This document shows, one piece after another, positions 16,481 through 25,210 of a DNA stretch of 47,454 nt. Source of the stretch: Thermoanaerobaculia bacterium (GTDB taxonomy: Bacteria; Acidobacteriota; Thermoanaerobaculia; Gp7-AA8). The stretch lies in contig JAENWF010000164.1 of NCBI GenBank assembly GCA_016650215.1, positions 1 to 47,454 on the forward strand, read 5' to 3'. The first letter of the stretch is position 1; each line of letters opens with the position of its first letter. The notes below the pieces were generated by a model. That model ran no database searches, was not told where the DNA came from, and saw only the letters and a list, made by a program, of their open reading frames with translations. The translations under genes were made by a program, and so were the position numbers.

Positions 16481-17773
16481 ATGTTGAAGCATGGTTTGGC
16501 ATTCTTACTTTCACTGTTCGTTGCATCCGCTTCGCTTGCGCAGGAAGCGCCCGCTGCGGCGGAGCTCGAGTCGCGCGTCAGGGAGATGCAGCGGCAGATC
16601 GAGATTCTCATCACCGAGATCGAAGCGCTGAAGAATCGGCAGGCCGACAAGCCTGCTGCTGCCGACATCGAGCAGTTCGGCCTCGGCGCTGCCGCGTCGA
16701 AGGTCTATCGCGCGCAGCCCGGCGTGTCGTTCGGCGGCTACGGCGAGTTCCTCTATCAGAATGTCGCGGGAAGCAACGACGCCGGCGCGAGAGTCAGCAC
16801 ACGCGACACCGCCGACCAGCTGCGCGCCGTCCTTTACACCGGCTACAAGTTCAACGACCGCATCCTCTTCAACTCCGAAACGGAGTTCGAGCATGGCTCG
16901 ACCGGAGCCGGGGGCGAGGTCTCGGTCGAGTTTGCGTATCTCGATTTCCTCGCACGCCCCGACCTCGGAATCCGAGCGGGACTTTTTCTCGTTCCGATGG
17001 GCTTCATCAACGAACAGCACGAGCCGACCGCCTACCTCGGCTCTCGCCGCCCGCTCGTCGAGCGAACGATTATTCCCGCGACGTGGCGCGAAATGGGAGC
17101 CGGAATGTTCGGTGAGAACGGGCCTGTGAGCTGGCGCGCGTATCTGACGACAGGTTTGGACGCCGCGCGGTTTACATCGGGCGGCATTCGCAGCGGCCGC
17201 GGCAACGGCGCGCAGTCACTCGCCGAGGATTTCGCGTTGACCGGACGCCTCGACTATCAGCCGGTGGTCGGAACGGTGCTCGGGGTGTCGGCCTACAGCG
17301 GGAACTCCGGCCAGCGCGCCGTGGCTAACGGCGAGGAAGTGAAAGCGCGCGTCACGATGTTCGATCTGCACGCGGAGTCGCGCCTTCGCGGACTGCAGCT
17401 CCGCGGCCTCTGGACGCGTGCCACGCTCAACGACGCGGCAATGGTCAACGCGCTCAACAAGCTCACTGGCACGAATTCGGTCGGCGAGAGCTTTGGTGGA
17501 TGGTACGGTGAGATCGGATACGACCTCGCTTCGTTTCGCGGCTTCGGTGAGCGCTCAATCACGCCGTTTGTCCGCTACGAGAAGCTGAACCCCCAGCGCA
17601 GTGTTCCGACAGGCTTCTCGCTCAACCGCGCGCTCGACCAGGCGATCACTACGATGGGGCTTCAGTGGAAGCCGATCAGCCAGACGGTGATCAAGGCCGA
17701 CTACCAGAATTTAGACAACGAAGCCGGAACAGGCACGAATCAGTGGAATGTCTCTTTGGGATACATCTTCTGA
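16481..17773 (+). CDS. Outer-membrane porin-like beta-barrel with N-terminal coiled coil
   Basis: Track ORF 15611-17773 trimmed to the ATG at 16481, 3 nt after the apbE stop. Signal peptide MLKHGLAFLLSLFVASASLAQE is followed by the coiled coil ELESRVREMQRQIEILITEIEALKNRQ. The rest is Gly/aromatic-rich alternating sequence ending ...NVSLGYIF. Confidence 0.7.
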   Translation: MLKHGLAFLLSLFVASASLAQEAPAAAELESRVREMQRQIEILITEIEALKNRQADKPAAADIEQFGLGAAASKVYRAQPGVSFGGYGEFLYQNVAGSNDAGARVSTRDTADQLRAVLYTGYKFNDRILFNSETEFEHGSTGAGGEVSVEFAYLDFLARPDLGIRAGLFLVPMGFINEQHEPTAYLGSRRPLVERTIIPATWREMGAGMFGENGPVSWRAYLTTGLDAARFTSGGIRSGRGNGAQSLAEDFALTGRLDYQPVVGTVLGVSAYSGNSGQRAVANGEEVKARVTMFDLHAESRLRGLQLRGLWTRATLNDAAMVNALNKLTGTNSVGESFGGWYGEIGYDLASFRGFGERSITPFVRYEKLNPQRSVPTGFSLNRALDQAITTMGLQWKPISQTVIKADYQNLDNEAGTGTNQWNVSLGYIF

Positions 17774-18306
17774 TGAAGCGCTTCGCAATCGGCGTCATCC
17801 TCGCGACGGCCGCGCTGTCGGCGCATGCGCGCGTCTTCATGACGCAGCAGCAGGCGCTCGCCGCCGCGTTCGCCGCCGGCACGAAAGTGACGCGGCAGAG
17901 CGTCTTTTTGACCAGGCAGCAGCTCGACGCAGCAAGGAAGAAGTCCGGTCTCGACCTGCAGGGCCAGCTTGTCGTTCGGTATGCGGGACTCGCCGGAGGG
18001 AAGGTCGCCGGCTTTGCCTATTTCGACACCCACCGCGTGCGAACGTTGCCCGAGACGGTGATGATCGTGGTCGGATCCGACGGCAGGATTGCAGCGATCG
18101 AGGTCCTCTCGTTCGATGAGCCTCCTGACTACGCGCCGAAAAAGCGCTGGATCGATCAGTTCAAGGGGCGAAAGCTCGAGGACGAGCTTTCGCTGAAGCG
18201 CGCGATCCGTCCGATGTCGGGCGCGAGCCTCACTGCACGCGCTGTCCTCGAGGCATCGCGCAAAGTCCTCGCGCTGCACGAGGTGATTGGTGCCGAGGTG
18301 AAATGA
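17773..18306 (+). CDS. Exported FMN-binding (FMN_bind) domain protein, likely ApbE substrate
   Basis: The ATG at 17773 overlaps the porin stop (TGATG). Signal peptide MKRFAIGVILATAALSAHA is present. The C-terminal MSGASLTARAV matches the SGA(T/S)LT flavinylation motif of NqrC/RnfG-type domains. Confidence 0.75.
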   Translation: MKRFAIGVILATAALSAHARVFMTQQQALAAAFAAGTKVTRQSVFLTRQQLDAARKKSGLDLQGQLVVRYAGLAGGKVAGFAYFDTHRVRTLPETVMIVVGSDGRIAAIEVLSFDEPPDYAPKKRWIDQFKGRKLEDELSLKRAIRPMSGASLTARAVLEASRKVLALHEVIGAEVK

Positions 18307-18731
18307 GCCGCGCGCAAGTCTTCTATCTTCACGTCACGCTTGCGCTCACGACGCTGACAGGCCTCGTCTTCGCAGCGATGAAGTACTGGATGAAGGGCGA
18401 GGACGAGTTCGCAGCAGCGAATCATCCATGGCAGCCTCACATGCTGTCGGCTCACGTCGTGATCGCGCCGATTCTTCTCTTTGTCATCGGATGGGCGTTT
18501 GGCAATCACATCCTGCCCAAACTGCGGTTCGGAGGCGACGAAGGAAACCGCCGAAGCGGAATCTGGTCGATGCTGCTCATCGCGCCGATGACGCTCTCCG
18601 CCTACCTGATGCAGATCGCGACAAACGACGCGATCCGCAAGGCGATGGCCATAAGCCACTGGGTGACGTCGGCGATCTTCCTGATCGGGTATGTAGCCCA
18701 CTTGCTCGCCAAACCGCCGAAAGAAGACTGA
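18303..18731 (+). CDS. Small His-rich integral membrane protein (about 4 TM), function unknown
   Basis: The ATG overlaps the upstream stop (ATGA). There are four hydrophobic segments. His residues lie in or near them (YLHV, HPWQPHMLSAHV, GNHI, ISHW, VAHL). Confidence 0.6.
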   Translation: MSRAQVFYLHVTLALTTLTGLVFAAMKYWMKGEDEFAAANHPWQPHMLSAHVVIAPILLFVIGWAFGNHILPKLRFGGDEGNRRSGIWSMLLIAPMTLSAYLMQIATNDAIRKAMAISHWVTSAIFLIGYVAHLLAKPPKED

Positions 18732-18861
18732 GAGAAGGACGAGAGGGCGAGAAGACGGCGTTTCTTTGGCCCTCCCGTAGCCCGAAAGACGCGGCAACAG
18801 AACGACGACAAGTAGCGCCCGCCCGCGCATTTGGTTGGTGGACGGTCTACTATCTCCCGCC

Positions 18862-21800
18862 ATGAAATTCGCAATTGCCGTCGTCATCGCGTCCGCTTCG
18901 ATTCTCGGCAGCGCCTCGCTCCACGCAGCCGATGCCAAACCCGAAGACACTTCGAAGTACGGAGAGAAGACATTCGCCGGACTCCAGCTTCGCGGGATTG
19001 GGCCGGCCCTCACCTCGGGACGCATCATCGACATCGCAGTCGATCCTCGCGATCACAACACCTGGTTCATTGCCGTCGCATCCGGCGGCGTCTGGAAGAC
19101 GACCAATGCCGGCACGACCTTCACGCCCGTCTTCGACGGCGAGAAGTCGTACTCGATCGGCTGCGTGACGATCGATCCGCGCGACTCGCTGACCATCTGG
19201 GTCGGGAGCGGCGAGAACAACAGCCAGCGCTCGGTGGCGTGGGGTGATGGCGTCTATAAGTCGACTAACGGTGGAAAGTCGTGGACCAACGTCGGACTCG
19301 CAAAGTCAGAGCACATCGGAAAGATTCTCGTCGATCCGCGCGACTCCAACGTCGTGTACGTCGCCGCGCAGGGGCCGCTGTGGAATGCCGGGGGCGATCG
19401 CGGGCTGTTCAAGTCGACCGATGGAGGCAAGACTTGGAAGCCCGCGCTCAAGATCAGCGAGAACACGGGCGTCAGTGACATTGTGTTCGAGCCGGGTAAT
19501 CCTGATGTTCTATATGCCGCTGCGTATCAGCGACGCCGTCACGTCTTTACGCTGATCAACGGCGGACCCGAGTCCGGCATCCACAAGTCGTCCGACGGCG
19601 GTACGACATGGACAAAGCTGACGGAAGGCCTGCCGAAGGAACAGATGGGGAGAATCGGCCTCGCGATTTCGCCGCTCGCTCCCAGGACGGTCTATGCGAT
19701 CGTCGAAGCGGCGCGAAAGAGCGGCGGATTTTTCCGCTCGACGGACGGCGGCGCGAACTGGGAGAAAACAAACTCGTACATGTCGGCGAGTCCGCAGTAC
19801 TACAACGAGATCTTCGTCGATCCAAACAACGCCGATCGCGTCTACTCGATGGATACCTACCCGCGCGTCAGCGACGACGGCGGAAAGACGTTCCGCAAGA
19901 TCGATCAGAACCTCGTGCATGTCGATCACCATGCAATCTGGATCGATCCTGACAACAGCGATCACATTCTGATCGGCAACGACGGCGGCCTCTACGAAAC
20001 GTTCGACCGCGGAAGTGCGTGGAACTTCAAACAGAATCTTCCGGTCACGCAGTTCTACAGGATCAGCGCCGACGACGCGCTGCCCTTCTACCATGTGTAC
20101 GGCGGCACTCAGGACAACTTCAGTCTCGGCGTTCCCTCACGGACCACCACTGCTCACGGCATCACGAGTTCAGACTGGTACATCACCCTCGGTGGTGACG
20201 GATTCCGCACGATGGCCGACCCCGAAAACTCCGACATCGTCTACGCGGAATCTCAGAACGGAGGCCTCGCCCGTTTCGACAAGCGAACGGGTGAGGCGCT
20301 CGATATCCAGCCGCAGGCCACCGGCAGCATGGCCCCGCTCCGGATGAATTGGGACTCGGCGCTCATCGTCAGCCCCCACAAGAGCAGCCGCATCTATTTC
20401 GGCGCACAGTATCTGTTCCGAAGCGACGATCGCGGCGATACGTGGAAGGCGGTGAGCGGCGATCTCACGCGCAACATGGATCGCAGCAAGCTGCCGGTCA
20501 TGGGACGTGTCTGGGGCGTGGACGCAGTCGCGAAGAACGCGTCGACTTCGTACTACGGCAACATCGTCTCGCTCGCCGAGTCGCCGCTCAAAGAGGGTTT
20601 GATCTACGCCGGCACTGACGACGGACTGATTCAGATCAGTGAGGACGGCGGCGCGAACTGGAGGAAGGTCGAGAAGTTTGCGGGCGTGCCCGACATGACG
20701 TACGTGTCGCGTCTCGAGACATCCGCGCACGACGCGAACACGGTCTATGCCGCGTTCGACAATCACAAGACGGGCGACTTCAAGCCGTACGTCCTCAAGA
20801 GCACCGACCGCGGGGCGACGTGGAAATCGCTGGCGTCGAACCTGCCGGCAAACGGCACGGCGTACGCGATCGTGGAGGACCACGTCGATCGCAATCTTCT
20901 CTTCGTCGGAACCGAGTACGGACTCTGGTTCACGCAGAACGGCGGAGGGACCTGGATCCAGCTCAAGGGCGGTCTGCCGACGATCGCGGTGCGTGATCTC
21001 TGGATTCAGAAGCGTCGCAACGATCTCGTCGTCGGTACGTTCGGCCGCGGCATCTACATCCTCGACGACTACCGTCCGCTGCGCACGATGACCGAGACGA
21101 CCGCCGCCGCCGAAGCCGTATTGTTTGCACCTCGCGCCGCCGAACTTTACGTCGAGCGGATGCCGCTCGGACTCCCGGGAGCCGCGTTTCAGGGCGCCTC
21201 GTTCTACACCGCTCCCAATCCGCCGTTCGGAGCCGTCTTCACGTACTACCTCAAGGACGAGCTCAAGAGCCGGCGCAAACAGCGCTGGGCGGAGGAGTCG
21301 CGTGTCGAAAAGGATGGCAGCAACGAACCGCCACCGATTCCGTACCCGACGCGCGAACAGTTGCGCACAGAACTTCGCGAAAGTGAGCCGGCGGTCGTGT
21401 TCGTTGTTTCGGACGACGAGGGCAACGTAATCCGCCGTGTGACCGGTCCGGTCACGGCCGGATTTCATCGCGTGGCGTGGGACCTGCGCTATCCCGCGCC
21501 GCTTCCGATCGAGGTCACGCCTCCGGAGCCGAACCTCTTCCAGGCACCCCCGGCTGGACCTCTCGTCGCACCGGGAAGGTACACGGTCCGACTTTCGAAA
21601 CGGATCGACGGAATCGAGACGCCACTCGGCGAAGCGCATCCGTTCGAAGTCGTTTCTTTGTACCTTTCGATCATGAATGCGGCCGACCGCAACGCGGTGC
21701 TCGAGTTTCAGAAGAGGGCGTCACGGCTCCAGAAGACCGCAATGGGGATCGACAAGGCGACGGCGGAGACGTTGACGCGCGCGCGGTTGATCCGCCGTGC

Positions 21801-22152
21801 ACTCGACGAGATCGAAGGACCCGATACGAAGCTCCTCGGACGCGTCAACGCACTCGAAGCCGTACTTCTCGATATCGACGAAGAGCTCAATGGCGATGCC
21901 GTGCTCAAAGCGCAGAATGAACCGGCCCCGCCGACGCTGCTCGAGCGCGTGACGACCGCTGTCAATGGTCTGACAACGACGGCTCCACCGACGGGCACAC
22001 ATCGCGAAGCGTTGTCTCTTGCGGAAGCGCAGATGAAGCCACTGCTCGAAAAGCTGCGCCGTGTCATCGAGGTTGATCTCGCGGCTATCGAGAAGGAGCT
22101 CAATCGAAGCGCTGCGCCGTGGACGCCGGGGAGGATTCCGGACTGGAAGTGA
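18862..22152 (+). CDS. Secreted BNR/Sortilin-Vps10-repeat (glycosyl-hydrolase-like) double-propeller protein
   Basis: Trimmed to the ATG at 18862 with signal peptide MKFAIAVVIASASILGSASLHAADA. Asp-box motifs recur: YKSTNGGKSW, FKSTDGGKTW, HKSSDGGTTW, FRSTDGGANW, SEDGGANW, KSTDRGATW, TQNGGGTW. Confidence 0.85.
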   Translation: MKFAIAVVIASASILGSASLHAADAKPEDTSKYGEKTFAGLQLRGIGPALTSGRIIDIAVDPRDHNTWFIAVASGGVWKTTNAGTTFTPVFDGEKSYSIGCVTIDPRDSLTIWVGSGENNSQRSVAWGDGVYKSTNGGKSWTNVGLAKSEHIGKILVDPRDSNVVYVAAQGPLWNAGGDRGLFKSTDGGKTWKPALKISENTGVSDIVFEPGNPDVLYAAAYQRRRHVFTLINGGPESGIHKSSDGGTTWTKLTEGLPKEQMGRIGLAISPLAPRTVYAIVEAARKSGGFFRSTDGGANWEKTNSYMSASPQYYNEIFVDPNNADRVYSMDTYPRVSDDGGKTFRKIDQNLVHVDHHAIWIDPDNSDHILIGNDGGLYETFDRGSAWNFKQNLPVTQFYRISADDALPFYHVYGGTQDNFSLGVPSRTTTAHGITSSDWYITLGGDGFRTMADPENSDIVYAESQNGGLARFDKRTGEALDIQPQATGSMAPLRMNWDSALIVSPHKSSRIYFGAQYLFRSDDRGDTWKAVSGDLTRNMDRSKLPVMGRVWGVDAVAKNASTSYYGNIVSLAESPLKEGLIYAGTDDGLIQISEDGGANWRKVEKFAGVPDMTYVSRLETSAHDANTVYAAFDNHKTGDFKPYVLKSTDRGATWKSLASNLPANGTAYAIVEDHVDRNLLFVGTEYGLWFTQNGGGTWIQLKGGLPTIAVRDLWIQKRRNDLVVGTFGRGIYILDDYRPLRTMTETTAAAEAVLFAPRAAELYVERMPLGLPGAAFQGASFYTAPNPPFGAVFTYYLKDELKSRRKQRWAEESRVEKDGSNEPPPIPYPTREQLRTELRESEPAVVFVVSDDEGNVIRRVTGPVTAGFHRVAWDLRYPAPLPIEVTPPEPNLFQAPPAGPLVAPGRYTVRLSKRIDGIETPLGEAHPFEVVSLYLSIMNAADRNAVLEFQKRASRLQKTAMGIDKATAETLTRARLIRRALDEIEGPDTKLLGRVNALEAVLLDIDEELNGDAVLKAQNEPAPPTLLERVTTAVNGLTTTAPPTGTHREALSLAEAQMKPLLEKLRRVIEVDLAAIEKELNRSAAPWTPGRIPDWK

Positions 22153-22177
22153 TGACCGGGCTGCGCCTCCGACCGAG

Positions 22178-23581
22178 CTAGATCAGCTCATCAAGCCGCT
22201 TGATCAGACGTTCGAGACGGCGAATCGATCGTTCCTTGCCAAGGGTCACGGCCACGTCGAAGATGCCCGGCGAGGCGATCTTGCCGGTCAGCGCTATGCG
22301 CAGCGGGTGAATGTACTTGGCCGCGCTCACCCCGCTCGATTCCGCGAGCTTCCGTAGCGCGGCTTCGGTAGTCGTTGCATCGAACGGCTCGGCCGCGGCC
22401 AGTGCCTCGCGCAGATTGCCGAGACGGACCGGGAGCTCATCGCCTTTGATGTGCTTCTTCACTGCCTCGTCGTCATACGCCACTGCGTCGTCCCCGGCAA
22501 AGTACGGCTCCATCTGAGCCGCAAGTTCCTTCAGCGTTCGCGAGCGCGTCTTGTTCAACTCGATGATGGGGCGGATGACATCGAGCCCGGGCGTCCCTTC
22601 CGCGAGGAACGGGCGCAGATGAGGCTCGAGCTGCTCGGCGCTCATCCGCATTATGTATTGGCCGTTCATCCAGAGCAGCTTCTCCGCGTCGAAGACAGCT
22701 GGCGCTTTGTTCACGTCGGAAAGATCGAACAGTGCGCCGGCATCGTCGCGCGGGATCAACTCGCGGTCACCTCCCGGATTCCACCCGAGGAGAAGGAGAA
22801 AATTAAAGAGCGCGTCCGGAACGATTCCCAGGTCGCGATACTCCTCGACCGAGGTTGCGCCCGTACGCTTGCTGAGCCGTTTGCGATCGCTGCCGAGGAT
22901 GAGGGGCAGGTGGGCAAATACCGGGACCACGCTGCCGAATGCCTGAAAGAGCAGGATGTGTTTCGGCGTGTTCGAGAGATGGTCGTCACCGCGCGCCACG
23001 TGGGTGATCGCCATGTCGATGTCGTCGACGACGACCGACAGGTGATACGTCGGATAGTCGTCGGAGCGAAGGAGCACGAAGTCGTCGATCAGCTCCGCTT
23101 CGAAACGAACGTCGCCGCGTATGAGATCGTGAAACTCGATTGCGCCGGGATTCACCGCGAATCGGATGACGTGCTGCTGATCGCGCGGCGTGTCGGCCCC
23201 GGCAAAAGCGCGGCATCTGCCACTGTATTTGTAGGACTTGCCGACGCGCTCGGCGGCCGTGCGGTCCGCGTCCAACTCCTCAATAGTGCAGAAGCAGCGA
23301 TACGCGCGGCCGGCCCGCACCAGTTCCTCGGCTCGTTCGCGATAACGGTCGAGACGGTCGCTCTGGTAGATCGGCCCCTCATCCCATTGGATCCCGAGCC
23401 ACTCGAGCGAACTGACGATCTGCTCCGCGTGGTGCTGCCGCGAGCGCTCGACATCCGTATCCTCAATCCGCAGAATCATTTGCCCGTCGCTGCGGTGCGC
23501 GTGAAGCAGATTGAAGATCGCGGTGCGGGCGCCTCCGACGTGGAGGAATCCGGTAGGTGATGGGGCAAAACGGAGCTTCAT
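22178..23581 (-). CDS. gltX: Glutamate--tRNA ligase
   Basis: MKLRFAPSPTGFLHVGGARTA carries the HIGH-type motif. RLSKR is the KMSKS-type motif. 467 aa. Confidence 0.95.
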   Translation of the reverse strand: MKLRFAPSPTGFLHVGGARTAIFNLLHAHRSDGQMILRIEDTDVERSRQHHAEQIVSSLEWLGIQWDEGPIYQSDRLDRYRERAEELVRAGRAYRCFCTIEELDADRTAAERVGKSYKYSGRCRAFAGADTPRDQQHVIRFAVNPGAIEFHDLIRGDVRFEAELIDDFVLLRSDDYPTYHLSVVVDDIDMAITHVARGDDHLSNTPKHILLFQAFGSVVPVFAHLPLILGSDRKRLSKRTGATSVEEYRDLGIVPDALFNFLLLLGWNPGGDRELIPRDDAGALFDLSDVNKAPAVFDAEKLLWMNGQYIMRMSAEQLEPHLRPFLAEGTPGLDVIRPIIELNKTRSRTLKELAAQMEPYFAGDDAVAYDDEAVKKHIKGDELPVRLGNLREALAAAEPFDATTTEAALRKLAESSGVSAAKYIHPLRIALTGKIASPGIFDVAVTLGKERSIRRLERLIKRLDELI

Positions 23582-23630
23582 CGGCGCGGGAGTCTACGGC
23601 ACGCCAAGCTACAATCCAAACGTCCACCCC

Positions 23631-24023
23631 ATGCGACACCAGCGCGGTTTCTCGTTCGTTGAGCTTCTGTTCGCCCTCATGGTGCTGACCGTCGTCATCC
23701 TGACGACCCTCTCGATGTTCGCCGAACGCAGCAAGCGGCTGCAGCAGGCGGCGGAAACAATTCTCGTCTACCAGGTGCTCGCGAACGAGGGGGAGATCGT
23801 CCGGCGCGTCGACTTCGGCGAGCTCGATGCATTGACCGACAAGTTCAGCACCGACACGACAATCCTCGATCCGCTCAAACCGTACACGACCGAGGTCGAT
23901 GTTGTGCCTGGAAGATCGGCGGGTGTGAAGGCGGTGACGCTCAGCGTGAAGTGGAACGGCGGACAGCGCGTCGCGCAACTGACGCTGATGCGCGCCTACA
24001 CCGGAGGGACCAACCTTTGGTGA
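23631..24023 (+). CDS. Prepilin-type N-terminal cleavage/methylation domain protein (pseudopilin)
   Basis: Trimmed to the ATG at 23631. MRHQRGFSFVELLFALMVLTVVIL matches the G-F-(S/T)-x-x-E class III signal. Confidence 0.8.
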   Translation: MRHQRGFSFVELLFALMVLTVVILTTLSMFAERSKRLQQAAETILVYQVLANEGEIVRRVDFGELDALTDKFSTDTTILDPLKPYTTEVDVVPGRSAGVKAVTLSVKWNGGQRVAQLTLMRAYTGGTNLW

Positions 24024-24526
24024 AGCGGCGCGCGCGCGGGTTCAGCCTTCTCGAGGTCGTCTTTACCATGACGATCTTCGGCGTCTTTCTCATCATGCTC
24101 GTGACGATGACGTCCGAGATGCGGCGGATGGAGAAGAAGTACAAACTCAATTTCTCGCGTCACCCACAAGTGATCGCCATGCTGTCCAGGCTGCGGAAAG
24201 ACGTGCTCGATGGTGTCGGGAAAAATCCGTATCCGTACTCACACGACGTGTACACGCAGTCGCCGACGATCCTCATCGTCTACACGCTGCGCAACACGGG
24301 TTACGCGGAAACTGTGGTGTGGGATTTCAGCAAAGCGGGAGAGGCCCGCAGGATCTCTTATGGCGCGGGGACTTTGAAGACAGGTGAGTGGATCGCGCGC
24401 GGTCTGCCCGAGCTGGAGATCGCCACGTTCGAGATTCCAGGGCGGTCGTATTCGGTTCGCATCAAAAGCAAAGGATCAGGAAAAGGTGAGATCGATCAGA
24501 TTCTTCAACCGCGACCGCACGACTGA
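24020..24526 (+). CDS. Prepilin-type N-terminal cleavage/methylation domain protein (pseudopilin)
   Basis: The GTG at 24020 overlaps the upstream stop (GTGA), with GGAGGGA about 10 nt upstream. VKRRARGFSLLEVVFTMTIFGVFLIML is the class III signal. Confidence 0.75.
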   Translation: MKRRARGFSLLEVVFTMTIFGVFLIMLVTMTSEMRRMEKKYKLNFSRHPQVIAMLSRLRKDVLDGVGKNPYPYSHDVYTQSPTILIVYTLRNTGYAETVVWDFSKAGEARRISYGAGTLKTGEWIARGLPELEIATFEIPGRSYSVRIKSKGSGKGEIDQILQPRPHD

Positions 24527-24902
24527 GCGGGGATTTGTCCTCGTCGCCGCGCTAACGATGGCGTTGCTTTATTTCGCGCTGATGGAGCTGCTGCTCCTCG
24601 ATTCGTCGCGCGCCCTCGGGGAGGCGCAGAGATTCCGGTCGCGCGTTGTTGCGGCAACTCTCGCGGAGAACGCTGCAGAGCTCGCGGCCCTCTCGATGAC
24701 AACCCAGCTCGTCACCAGTTCCAATCTCATCGACTCGCAAGGCAGGATGCAGGGCAAGATGACGCGCACGAACGACACGTTCACGATTGAGGGCGAGGGT
24801 GAAACGAGCGGTGTCATGCCGCAGATGGCCAAGGTGAAGATTGACGGTCGAATGGGAAGCGACGGAATCGTGAAGATCGACTACACCGTCCACTCTCAGT
24901 AA
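24486..24902 (+). CDS. Pseudopilin-like protein lacking Glu+5 (GspK/PilX-like N-terminus)
   Basis: The ORF has no in-frame ATG upstream of its hydrophobic segment, so I chose the GTG at 24486. N-terminus reads ERGFVLVAALTMALLYFALMELLLL. The start position is uncertain. Confidence 0.55.
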   Translation: MRSIRFFNRDRTTERGFVLVAALTMALLYFALMELLLLDSSRALGEAQRFRSRVVAATLAENAAELAALSMTTQLVTSSNLIDSQGRMQGKMTRTNDTFTIEGEGETSGVMPQMAKVKIDGRMGSDGIVKIDYTVHSQ

Positions 24903-24931
24903 AAAAGCGCCGCCGAGGCCGGCGGCGCTTT
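24901..24931. terminator. Bidirectional intrinsic terminator
   Basis: AAAAAA-GCGCCGCCG-AGGC-CGGCGGCGC-TTT is a perfect 9-bp GC stem with a 4-nt loop, flanked by A and T runs. It lies between convergent genes. Confidence 0.85.
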
Positions 24932-24952
24932 CGATCGCAGGTTTCGCGAAAA

Positions 24953-25210
24953 TTACCTGGAACCGCGGCGGCGCATCATCCCCAGGCCGATTGCCAGGGC
25001 CGCGAGGCCACCGAGCACAGCGCTGGGATTTTTCTGCGCGTAACCGCGGAACTTGTCGACTGACTCACGCATCTTCATGCTTCCCGTCGGGCCCATTCCG
25101 ACTTTGCGAAGAAGGTCGTTGAGCCCGCCAGTCGGACGCTCGCTATTGGGCGTTGCATCGACCGGGGTGTACGGGTGGAACTGATTGGTAGGATTCATGT
25201 TGTCGACCAT
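24953..25210 (-). CDS. Small tail-anchored membrane protein (85 aa), unknown function
   Basis: Track ORF trimmed to Met (CAT 25208-25210), directly preceded by GGAGGAAGGGA. A soluble N-terminal part is followed by a C-terminal TM segment AVLGGLAALAIGLGMM and then RRRGSR. Confidence 0.6.
   Translation of the reverse strand: MVDNMNPTNQFHPYTPVDATPNSERPTGGLNDLLRKVGMGPTGSMKMRESVDKFRGYAQKNPSAVLGGLAALAIGLGMMRRRGSR

Noticed and set aside
20170-21639. 489-aa minus-strand ORF
   Set aside because: It is antisense to the BNR/Sortilin-repeat gene, which has eight clear Asp-box motifs. Its composition is Arg/Asp/Val-rich and low in information.
22451-23560. 369-aa plus-strand ORF
   Set aside because: It is antisense to gltX, whose identity is unambiguous (HIGH and KMSKS-type motifs).
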